A DNA stretch of 64,000 nucleotides from Podarcis pityusensis (Eukaryota), in NCBI GenBank assembly GCA_964106645.2, contig OZ067041.1. One strand, given 5' to 3'. How positions within the stretch are numbered: the first letter of the stretch is position 1; each line of letters starts with the position of its first letter. Below the pieces are notes generated by a model. That model was given only the letters and a program-made list of their open reading frames with translations. It was not told the DNA's origin and searched no databases. Below are positions 49,744 to 60,500 of the stretch, piece after piece. Made by a program: the position numbers and the translations under genes.

Positions 49744-50883
49744 CAGTGGTGCCTCGCAAGACGAAATTAATTCGTTCCGCAAGTTTTTTCTTCTTGCGAG
49801 TTTTTCGTCTTGCGATGCACAGTTTCCCATAGGAATGCATTGAAAATCAATTAATGCGTTCCTAGGGAAACCGCTTGCCAGGCTGGCGGTGCGGAGAAGG
49901 GCTTTTCTCCCCACCGCAAGCCTTCAGGACAGGTACGGGAACAGAGGGGAAGGCGCGCAGCGCTTTCCCTCTGTTCCCGGGGCTTGCGTGGGAGGAGGGT
50001 TTTTCCTCCCCACCGCCAACATTAAGAACAGCATTCTGAATGTTGGCGGTGGGAAGGAAAACCCTCCTCCCACCCCAAGTCTTCAGGAAAGCCATCCGAT
50101 GCCGGGCGGCGGGAGAAGGTGTCCCCCCCCCGCCCGGCACCGGAGCTTCGTTCCGATGCCGGGCGGCGGGAGGAGGCGTTCCCCCCCCCCCCGCCCGGCA
50201 CCGGAGCTTCGTTCCGATGCCAGGCGGCGGGAGGAGGCTTTCCCCCCCCCGCCCGGCATCGGAGCTTCGTTCCGATGCCGGGCGGCGGGAGGAGGCGTTC
50301 CCCCCCCCGCCCGGCATCGGAGCTTCGTTCCGATGCCGGGCGGGGGGGGAGGAGGCATCCCCCCCCGCCCGGCATCGGAGCTTCGTTCCGATGCCAGGCG
50401 GCGGGAGGAGGCATTTCCCCCCCCCGCCCGGCATCGGAGCTTCGTTCCGATGCCGGGCGGAGGCGTTTCCCCCCCCCCCCGCCCGGCATCGGAGCTTCGT
50501 TCCGATGCCGGGCGGGGGGGGGAGGAGGCGTTTCCCCCCCCGCCCGGCATCGGAGCTTCGTTCCGATGCCGGGCGGCGGGAGGAGGCATTTCCCCCCCCC
50601 GCCCGGCATCGGAGCTTCGTTCCGATGCGGGGGGGAGGAAGCGTTCCCCCCCCCCGCCCGGCATCGGAGCTTCGTTCCGATGCCGGGCGGGGGGAGGAGG
50701 TCCGAGGACAGTGGGGAAGACGCGCTGCGCTTCCCCGCTGTCCCGGAGATTTCCCTATGGGCTTTCGTCTTGCGAAGCAAGCCCATAGGGAAATTCGTTT
50801 TGCGAAGCGCCTCCAAAACGGAAAACCCTTTCGTCTAGCGGGTTTTCCGTCTCGCGAGGCGTTCGTCTTGCGGGGTACCACTG
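49744..50883. mobile_element. Non-autonomous Tc1/mariner (pogo/Tigger-type) element with hairpin-rich interior
   Basis: 22-bp TIRs CAGTGGTGCCTCGCAAGACGAA and TTCGTCTTGCGGGGTACCACTG (2 mismatches); TA TSD at 49742-49743 and 50884-50885; subterminal TTCGTCTTGCGA repeats; no transposase. Confidence 0.9.
50095..50700. repeat. ~59-bp palindromic GC-rich minisatellite, 10 full units plus a leading half unit
   Basis: Unit Cn-GCCCGGCATCGGA-GCTTCGT-TCCGATGCCGGGC-GGCGGGAGGAGGCRTT; ten copies of the GGAGCTTCGTTCC core counted. Confidence 0.95.
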
Positions 50884-51974
50884 TATTGCTCTATATGCTA
50901 CAGTTTAACATTATTGGCACGTATCCAAAATAGCTCTGCATCATTCATTCTGTTAGTGTAAGGATTTCTGGTTGCATAATGGAAATTTCCCCTGTCTCCT
51001 CTCTCCACACAGCCCCTAAATCTGTTCTGATGGTTCCCTCAGACCTCTGGAGCAGATTTAGAGAGGGAATGGGGTACGTAGAAAGGAAGAGAGGGAGTTC
51101 CATTGTGCAAGCATTAATTATTGCACTAATGGAGGAAGGATATTGGATACTGACCATTGCTTATGATTTGTGCTGGTTTAGATTATCATGTCTCAGTTTA
51201 ATAAATCAATATATAAACAGGTTTTGTGAGCCTCTGCGCATCCCCTTCATGGAGCAAATGAACCAGGAATTATTCAATTGATTATATTTTCCCATTTTGT
51301 CCAAAGCAAGAAACTATGATTAATGACCTTTAAAACAACAGAAATGATAAAAAGTCAGAATACCAGGAAAACTGTAAATTTTACACATTATGTAATTATA
51401 CACAAGGATTAACAGTACTATGAGTTCTAGACATGATAAAGTAGAATAAATATGTAAAAACATAAGCAAATGCAGCTTGACTGCTTAATTAAAATAGGCA
51501 CCTCTGATTGTCAAACAAAGAGATAAAATTGCTTCTCAAACAAAAAGATGCAATGCAAAAAACATTCTCAAACAAGATAAAGACCAAAAAAAACGAGTAA
51601 ATGGCCTTTTGCAAATAAACACTCTTGTGGCCTTTTTCAGTGGCACATATTGAAAAATAAATTGATTGCTCTGAAGTGCACAGTGTGTCAAACTTCTTTG
51701 TACTAGGGCAAAATGTGCTCTTGAAAAGTAAAATTACAAAATTATTATATTTACTTGGAATGCTCTTATTTTTTAAAAGATGAGAAAGAATGTCAACCAT
51801 ATAAACTCCTTGGGTCAACAGAGTTAAGCTGTCTAAATTCACAATACTCTGCTTAAGATCTTTAAGCGACCATTGCATATCTGTTAATATATGAACTGAA
51901 AGTTGTTGATTTAACAACTCACTATGTGTATATATCAAAATTACCACTCAAATATCTGCTATGTATATAATTCA

Positions 51975-52395
51975 GATGGAATCAGTGGTAGAAACCTTTG
52001 TTTTGTTTTGCATGGAGAAGATCCCAGGTTCAAACATTGGCATTCTAGGTGGGTCTTGGAAAGACTCCTGTCTGAACTTCTGCCAATCAAGAATATACCG
52101 TATTGGTCCAAATATAAGCCACACCCTAATATAAGCCACACCTTTAAAATTCAATAGGGGGAAATGGAAAAAAGACCATACCCTAATAAAACACTGCATT
52201 AAAATTCTGCAGGCACTCACACCCATTCTGTTTTACCGTATGTCTGTTTCAGCAGCAATATTGTAAAAGCCTGTTTTTGTAAGGTCGTGAATTTAAGCCA
52301 CACTTTAACTTTTCACAGTCAGAATTTGGGGAAAAAGTGAGACGTATATTCAGGCCAATACAGTACAGTACTGAGGTACATGGACCAATGGATCT
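51975..52395 (+). mobile_element. Squam3-type SINE split by a MITE
   Basis: TCAGTGGTAGA...TTTGCATGGAGAAGATCCCAGGTTCAA...GGAAAGACTCCTGTCTGAA before the MITE, and TACTGAGGTACATGGACCAATGG after it. Confidence 0.65.
52098..52363. mobile_element. Tc1/mariner-superfamily MITE (CCGTA-type TIR)
   Basis: TIRs CCGTATTGGTCCAAATATAAG and CGTATATTCAGGCCAATACAG; TA on both sides (52096-52097, 52364-52365); subterminal AATATAAGCCACACC repeat. Confidence 0.8.
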
Positions 52396-53169
52396 GAAGT
52401 AGTATCCTTCCCCTGTTTTACTGGACTTCACTGCAGGTTTTACTCAGTTTCTGAGCAATCTGTGATAAACTTCCAAGTGATTCAAGGATATTCTCTAAAT
52501 ATATGGATAGCATTACAGGCAGTAGGCACAGGATTGGGCAAGCTCACACATACTGTATATCTTTAATACTGAGGAAAAAATCAAAAACTATATTACTTTT
52601 GCAATGTGCATAATTATTTCATGGCAGTAGATGTACAATACTATGCAGTTCATTTAAAATTTGGTTTATTTTCTTCAATAGTATTGATTTCATCGGTGCT
52701 TAGTTGCAAAGAAAGAGACCATTAATAAAGGGTCACTTCAAATTAGCCACTTAAAGTTGCACCACAAGTTATACCACATATACAAAGTTAAAACAGTAAA
52801 ATGTGCTTGGTTCACATACAAAAAAAAATGTTTTATTAATTTTCTAGTCTGCAGTTAGAAACTGAAAGATGCTAGATAAATTTCTGAAGAACATGCTCAG
52901 CATAATAAATTATATTTATGAGGTAATTAAAGATAGTGTATGTATTTTCTTTGTTTTTATCAAAACAGAATACTGAGGATCATGTAAAGGACAGAAAAAT
53001 AATAATGTCATAATTAGTTGGAAAATGAGATTGCAGTGAGCTGAAAATGCCAGGGTTTCCCATGTACAGAAGTAATAAAGTCATTTGAGATTAAGTAGAC
53101 CACAACTTAATTGATTACAGATGTAATATGGTTTTGGCTTATGTATTGGGTATGCATCCTGAATCAACC

Positions 53170-54165
53170 ATCCTGTTATTGGGGGGTGGGGTCCTGAGGC
53201 CTGTCAACCCCTGTATGGGTATTTGGACAGAGGCACTCCCACTGGACTCCTTTACCGGAGTACCCTAGTTCTCAGAGTGGGAAAGGGGCATAGGGCTCTG
53301 GCCCACCACCTTCCTAAACTAAGGATGTAAGCCAATGCCTTATCCACCAAGCAGTTGTGACAGTTGTGTGTTCAGACCCAGAGACCTCCCCCCTAAATAA
53401 ATACACATTTGACTCAAATTTTAGTTTTGGTTTTTGGCAGAATTTAGGCCACAACTTTATTGATTACAGAAAAGTGAGTGGTTGCATAGGCTCTGGTTCG
53501 ACTAGCTCCCTGCACTGTTGCAGGCAGTGCTGACCCAGGGCACCAGCAAAAGTCAGCCAAGGGTGAACACCTGTGTAGGCGAAAAGTCCGGGAACAGACT
53601 CTGTTCACTCCCCAGATGCTCTTCTGGACCCAGGCATGGGCACAACCCCCTCTTGGGAGTTGACCAAACCAAGTTGAGTCCCTGGATTCCTTTAACGGAA
53701 TACCCTTCACATAGGGATGGCGAGAGTGTTCTCCCATCCCTATCACCTGAACCAGAGCCTATCCGCAACCTTACAAGTTGTGATGATTTGCTACGCGGCA
53801 GGCGAAACCCAAATGGCAACAGCCAATCAGCCAAATGGGGGAAATTCCTGCCATGCCCCTGTCCCAATGACAGATGACACACAACGGCATAGCAAGGTCA
53901 AGCACACAATGCCCTAAAAGTAGGGAGAGGTGGGCGGGTGTTCTGATGCACGAGCCGAAAGAGGAAGCTCTGGGTCACGTGCATGGGTATATATAAATAG
54001 GTTCCTTGATCTGTTTAGACTGCACCCCATTGGCCAGATTAAACCCAGCAATGAGGGACCTACCAATCGGGTGTTGTGGCTGTCCAGTATCCCCATCCAG
54101 AACCAGGAGGTCAGTCTTCAGGTCTCACTGCAACACGTGCCCTCTTTTAGGGAGGATACAATTTG
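53170..54165 (-). mobile_element. DIRS/Ngaro-like non-autonomous element (copy 3) plus a partial repeat of its internal segment
   Basis: Minus strand has AATAAAGTTGTGGCC (~53445-53462), the shared structured core (53776-53900) and imperfect terminal inverted repeats (~53364-53390 and ~54106-54134); TGGACTCCTTTACCGGAGTACCCT (~53243) recurs as TGGATTCCTTTAACGGAATACCCT (~53683). Confidence 0.55.
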
Positions 54166-54324
54166 CCATTAGGTAGACAAAACCCCAGACAGGCCCAGTT
54201 AGACTGCAGGTAAATTTGAATATGGCTTTGAATATGGTGACTGAATTGATCCATTGCAAGGTTTGCACAATGCAAGCCCCACCCCTTCACCTTCACAGGC
54301 TGCTCCCCAACATAAAGGCAGGAC

Positions 54325-54482
54325 CCATGTTTTGTATGCAGAGCATTCTTGGTTCAATTTCTGGAATCTCCAGTTTAAAAGATCAGGGAGGTGATGAGAC
54401 CCTGGAGAGCTGCTGCTAGACAGAACAGATAGTTTGGGGGAGGGAGGGTGGAACTAATCTAACATGGTATAAGACAGCTTGC
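54325..54482 (+). mobile_element. Degraded Squam3-type SINE
   Basis: TTTGTATGCAGA...GGTTCAATTTCTGGAATCTCCAG...GAGACCCTGGAGAGCTGCTGC...GTATAAGACAGCTT. Confidence 0.6.
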
Positions 54483-55533
54483 TGTATACTAGAAGGAGAT
54501 TCCTTATGAAACCCAAATGCTTCTTCACTTCTTTGCCTTGTTATTCACTTACGATTTCTCCCTCCCCTTTAGTGTCATTTGTGCTTGATAATTTAGCTTC
54601 CAATGAAGCTTGTTCTCAGGTGAATGTTAGGAAACATTTGCAATCTGCTTCAGAACTGGAACACTCCAGGCTCGTTATATCTGTGCAGTAAATGACACTG
54701 TGTAAAACACATCAGATCCTTCAGAATTAGATGACAGGATGACAGTACTTTACTCACAGTTCAGATTACTGCAATAGGAAATGTAATGAGCCATAATGCC
54801 ATTATTTTTCACTTTAGAATTTTAATACTGTGTTTTCTATGGCTCTTAAAATATCATGCATAAAACATTTTTGCTGAAAACCTCACTGAGTTATGTATGC
54901 ATAATGTCATTAGGGAATATATTCCTCCTCCCCAAACTTCACAAAATGATGGACATTCTTTTAATTTATTTTTTTTCCATGGTCGTGGTAAAGAAAAGCA
55001 CATCAGCCTGGAAATACTTAAATCTAAAAAAGCAGTGAAAGTGTATCCCAGATATGATAATTGGACTCCCTGTGCTGCTGTGTGGATTACAGACTTTAAC
55101 TATGCAGCAATGTCTGTACTGTGAATCAATGTCTGCACTGTAATCAAGGTGATAGTTAGGTTTTGTTCCACTGTATCTCCAGTTGGAAGGAAACTGAATT
55201 CTGCAGATACTGGTCTGCCTGTGAAGCAGCATGTAGTCATCTAGGAACCCAAGCAGGAGGGAAGCAGATAGGAGTGTGTTGCGGGGGATAATGGTACAGG
55301 GAGAGCGTTAAGCGGCAACCCAAGCCAAGTCTACGTTCCCATCACTGCTGAACATTTACATTGGTCCCAATTTGAGATCAGGAACTATCTGTTTACTGTG
55401 CACCTCATTGTTCTGAGCTGTGTTTTCCTGCGACACTTGCTTTCGATCATTTGCACATGTGATAGGAAATTCATCTGCTCATTGCTAGTAGCATGGCTTG
55501 GAAGCCGTAGCTCAATTGCTGTATGTATTCCTC

Positions 55534-55655
55534 GAATCACAGAATTGTAGAAGAGTTGGAGAGGACCATGAAGGTCATCTTGCCCAACCCCCTGCAATGC
55601 AGGAATCTTTTTGCCCAGCATGGGGCTTCAACTTGGTGCTCTAGCACCAAGCGGA
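55534..55655 (-). mobile_element. SINE with CR1-derived tail and remnant tRNA(Lys)-like head
   Basis: CR1 tail (CAACCCCCTGCAATGCAGGAAT) joined to TGCCCAGCATGGGGCTTCAAC, whose reverse complement resembles the tRNA-Lys(CTT) 3' end GTTCGAGCCCCACGTTGGGCG. Confidence 0.55.
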
Positions 55656-55699
55656 AGCTTTCATCTTCAGACCTTTGGCTAATTAAACAATCTATGTCC

Positions 55700-55800
55700 T
55701 TTTAAACTTGTTACTTTGGTATGTGTTTTTGAGTTTTTATAGTGTAAACCATCCTGTGATCCTCAGATGAAGGGCAGAATAGAAATTTAATAAATAATAA
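55700..55800 (+). mobile_element. L2-type LINE 3' end
   Basis: TGTAAACCATCCTGTGATCCTCAGATGAAGGGCAG...AAATTTAATAAATAATAA; same family as 11085-11260. Confidence 0.65.
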
Positions 55801-57415
55801 AATACTAGCTGTGACACAAGAATAAAGCCTTAAGCCAGGTTTTTTGGGAGGTTTTGCACTCTCTCAAAATATGTTTTCTGTGCTGCTGCTCTTGCTCTTT
55901 CAGTCCACTGACTAACAGCTTCCAAGTAAAAGGCTAGACACCTTTTAAATAGTAGGGATATTTCAAGTAAAGTAGTTTTTTTAAAAAAATGGAACCGTGA
56001 TCCAGCGAAGTCAGTATAATGGTGTCATCAATGAAATTAGGCAGCTGCAGTCTTCAGTTCAAGGAAAATAGTCTAAGGCTGCAGGCAGGCAATAGATTTT
56101 ATGAGAACTTCCAATAGTGTGTGTACATTTTTCTTTTTATTCCATGGCCATCTCTAATAAAACAGGTTTTGAAATATCTTCAGAAACCTCTGAAACATGC
56201 CCAACCAAGGACAAAAGGTGAACAGTGATCCTGCTTTTAATCCACCTTCAAAAAAAGAGCTATTCTCTGTCTCAAGCCTAATGGAAAACCTGGGAACTCC
56301 ATTTTTAAACATTTCTGAATAATATTCTGAATTGTAGCACATTGCCTAGATTTTACCCAAAAACATTATGATTAATTATATTGCAGAGGGTGCAATAGCT
56401 TTTCCCATTGAATTATTGGTCTGGTTGGCTTTGAGAGTTTTTCTGGGAAATCCATAGGAAAGGCAGCTCAGTGCTTCTTCCCGTTTGGTTTTAGGCTCTT
56501 TTCCTGTCTTCTTCTTCCATCTAAAATCACATGCATCTCCTTTATGCACAGAACATCATACAAACTGTGTTTATATCTTTGGTGACCACAAGATGCAAAA
56601 GTAGAACATTAAAATGCTCAAGAACTAGGCTGGTTAAAAGAATAATGAGATTCAGCTGATAAGTATTTGTTGAGAAATGGTTTGTTCAGCTGGATTTGAA
56701 GATTTATGTAAGCACCGATTGATATGGACTTTATAATTTAACATTTCAAGAAATCAAACAAATATGAGTTTGCATATAAAGAAAAGTGACTGCATTTCTA
56801 TAGTTCTATATATTTCATATATGAAATAGCTATTGCTGTTTTAAAAGGAGTTTGGGAAGTTCATGCATAGCTGATGCCTCCCCTTAAGTGCATTTAAAAT
56901 AAGTTTTTTGAGGCGCACATTAAGAGCAAGTACAGAGCTTCAGGCTGAAGGTCACCTCTCTTAATGTTGCTATTTTAGTAATGAAAACATTTTAGGAAAA
57001 ATTAAAATGAAATGCAGACTAAAATGCAAACACCAACTGGCTTAGCAGACTTCTGCTAGAGTATTCATTTTCTTTCCTACAGCATATGGTAGTTTCAGGC
57101 AGCTAGGGCCTATACCCACCTGTTAAGCTGTACTCTCCAGAGTATAAAACCAGGGAAAGTTTAATGATGAAAGATAACTGTACATTTCAAATACTTGCAG
57201 CATAATATATCAAATGCTGATGTTAAAAAATAAGTTTGTTTGAAGCTTGAAGCATTGTTGAGAAATGTTGGTGATTAATTTAACAAATCAGACCGATCTT
57301 TCTTTTCAGAGGCAGAGAAATTTCAAAGGTTTGGGGGAATAAACACTCCTTTAACTGAGACTTGTTGACAACTATATTTTTGTCTTGTTAGTAGCAGTCA
57401 GATGTGTATTCAGAA

Positions 57416-57590
57416 CGGCCATAGTTCGGTGGTAGAGCATGCAGAAGGTCCTAGGCTCAATCCCTGATTTTTCCAGGTAGGGCTGAGAATATCCCAATGT
57501 GGAACAGCGGCGATCCACTGTCAGCCAGTTGATATGATAGTGAACTAGATGGACCAATAGCTCTGACTCAGTATAAGGTAGCTTCCTATA
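57416..57590 (+). mobile_element. Squam3-type tRNA SINE
   Basis: GGCCATAGTTCGGTGGTAGAGCATGCAGAAGGTCCTAGGCTCAATCCCTG...CTAGATGGACCAATAGCTCTGACTCAGTATAAGGTAGCTTCCTAT. Confidence 0.8.
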
Positions 57591-60500
57591 TACATACAGA
57601 AAGATCGTTCTCTGAGCAGAATAGGTACACTCCTAAACACCCTTGCATCACCGGCACAAGAAGATACTGATAGAAAAAAGTTTCACTGGAGTTAGGGACA
57701 TATTTGTGCTAGTATTTTCATGTTGTCAGAATTCATTCCACAACTATAAAAGTTCCACTGGGCCATAATGGTTGGCATGTAGAAGACCACCACCCTTCCT
57801 GTTATACACAGCAGTTCAGTTGTTTCCATGATAAACCATGGACACTTCGAAATCAATTCAATGGAAACTTATTGCCCTCAGGAATGAGGCTCTTCATCTT
57901 GCCTGTGGCCTTTGCCATTGTGTAACACCAGCAATGATTCACCAAGGTGGTTGGAAGAAGTTCAGTGTCCTCCTTTTGAGTGGGGGTAAAAGAATTTATT
58001 CATTTTCAATAACAATCTTCCAATTAATAACAAATTAAATCAAATTGATCCAAATTACAATAATAACAATACACCAATTATATATTCCAATTATAAAAAA
58101 AATCTTGGGACCTCCCATGTTGGGGCCTCAGATGTCTAGAGATAATCATCCTCATTCATATCTCTGCATTTTTGGTATTTTTCAAATTCAAAACTAATAT
58201 TATCCATCCTTAATCTCAGTCTAATCAGCCGTTGTTTCTGTGGCTCGCATCTTCTGTGGCAAAATTTTCGTGTTGTTAACCCACAAGAAGCAGAAGCTCC
58301 GTGTTCTCTTGATTCATCATAACTATCAACAAGTGCAGTTGTAAAGATAAGCCCAGTCGCTGGGCCACATAAAATCCAGGGTGAGAAGTAATACCAACAA
58401 TGAAATGTCTGGTGACAGTAACCAAGGATACTGGTGATCCTCCTAATGTGGATGTGTTTTAATTTTTGTAAAAGACAGACAATTTAAGTGCTTTGTATAC
58501 ATAGTCCCAGTCATTCATTGTGTATTCCATGCATGGCTAACATGGAAGCGCATGCTATCATGACTGATGGGATGAGGCACTTTTTTTGCAGAGAAGGTTT
58601 GGTCATGGCTATCAAATGGTGCATGGCATGAGCATTTGTTTCTCCAGCTGATGTGTTCAGCAAAGGATTTTGACTATACTATACTAGCATTAGCCCTGAC
58701 TAGAGCTGAGCCCTTCTCCCACCCAATACCATCTTTTTTGGAAGAAATACGCTTGTTAAAGGGTAAAGAGATGAACAGGAAAAGGAAGAAAATTGAGCAA
58801 TTTTGGCAATCAGGAGGCTTACATGGGAAAGTGTCAGTACCCACCCTCCCCCCACTATTTAACAGAAAATGTTGGCAGCCACTGCAAGCAAGAACCACAT
58901 TCTGAGCCCCTCCTACTTCCTAATTTTCGACTCTCTTTTCCTAGGGGTCCTCAAGTCACTAGAATCACTCTTAGCTTGTCATCCTTTGCACACTTATCAG
59001 GCAATAAACCCATGGGAACTTCCAACAGTGGAAGTTGCTTAGATAAATACACATCATGTAGGCTGAACAAGGTGCAGCTTCTAAGATATAAATTTTAATT
59101 TGCCTGAACTGCCTTTGGACAAGACAAATAATAAATGGTGAGATTATGGGACAGATCAACCTTTACTTCACTTAGGAAGCCAAATTCAGCTTATTAAGTC
59201 TGAGTCAGATTCCTCTTTTTTAGTTCAAATTCTGGGAATTTATATTCATTTCACTCTGATTAATCATGTAACCATTTTTCATTACGTTAAAATGTACTGT
59301 CTTCTTAAAATGTGAAAGAAAACAAGCTGAATGTAGATATTAGATTCATGAGTTGTTCTAACACTTGGTATGACTCAGCTAGTTAATATATGTGCCGATG
59401 AACTGCTGGAGGTTTTGTCCCTTCCTGAAGAAGAGACTAAAAATACTTGAGTTTGTAACAAGTGCCATCAGAGCTTGGGATACTCAACGTTTTCATTTAA
59501 TCCACATTTTTAAGCAAACTGACCTGATCAACAGTTCCCAGTGACATAATTCAAAGGCTGTGCTCAGACATCACAATAAATTAAAGTTTTTCATAATGGA
59601 AATGAAACTAGCCTCGGTCTTGCATGTGTGAATTTCCTCCAAAGTGGCTATGAGGAAGAGATCGGAATTGTTATCTGCTTTTGATCAACCGGTTTAGTGC
59701 TATGTTCAAACGCTAAAATGCGATAAATCTTAACCATGGTTTGTTGTAACAAGCCAGTAAAGATTAATCATAGTTTATCCGATTTAGATGATATGGCAAG
59801 TTGCTGCTGCTGCTGTTGTTATGATGATGATCTGCATTTATTAGTTACTTTTTTCATGGAGAGTGACCCCAAGCAACTATGGTTATTTTATTTTATTTTA
59901 AGAAAGCAAAAGCTTTCAGATTCTTCATGGCCACCCTGGAGAAGAGAGAAGGGATACTTTGAACCAGGGGGAGGCTAACCTCATTACCATAGTGGCAAGC
60001 CATGGTTAATCATGGGATCTAAAAATAGACTAAAAATAGCATCTTAATGAGAAAGCCCTAGGGAAACCCAGAAGCTAGTTAAGCAGTTACTAATGCAAAG
60101 ATCTCACAGAAACTCCAGATAATGTTTTTCATCCTTTCTGAGGCAGCACTGCTGTCTGCGTTCCAAGGAAAACAAATAAGGACAACTGCTAAAGAAGTAA
60201 GTCAAGTCCTACTGGCCAGTACTAGAACACAGAGGTGCTGATGCCCTGGGCCTCGCCTGGCCTTGTTCATCTGCAAAAGCAAACATCCTCATTTGTCTAG
60301 CCTCCTGTCATGGTTGGGAGAAACATAAACACCCAGAGCTGGAAGGCAAGAGATATCATGAATTGTTAAATTGTTTTATTTAGCAAGATGTGGGCAATGT
60401 TGCAGGTGAACTTTGGCCAACTGTTGGCCTGCTTCCAAAAGCACAATCCAATTATGCTACCTTTTGAAACATGCTTCCTTGTACATTTGAAGATACATCA

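Noticed and set aside
50095-50700. CRISPR-like array (palindromic repeats at regular spacing)
   Set aside because: Intervening sequences are near-identical rather than unique spacers; no cas genes; eukaryotic transposon context.
49862-50933. Six long overlapping ORFs (193-339 aa)
   Set aside because: Artefact of a stop-poor GC-rich palindromic tandem repeat inside a MITE; repetitive low-complexity peptides in all frames, with no transposase motifs.
57310-57328. 19-nt microexon
   Set aside because: Donor GTTTGG is weak and there is no other support.
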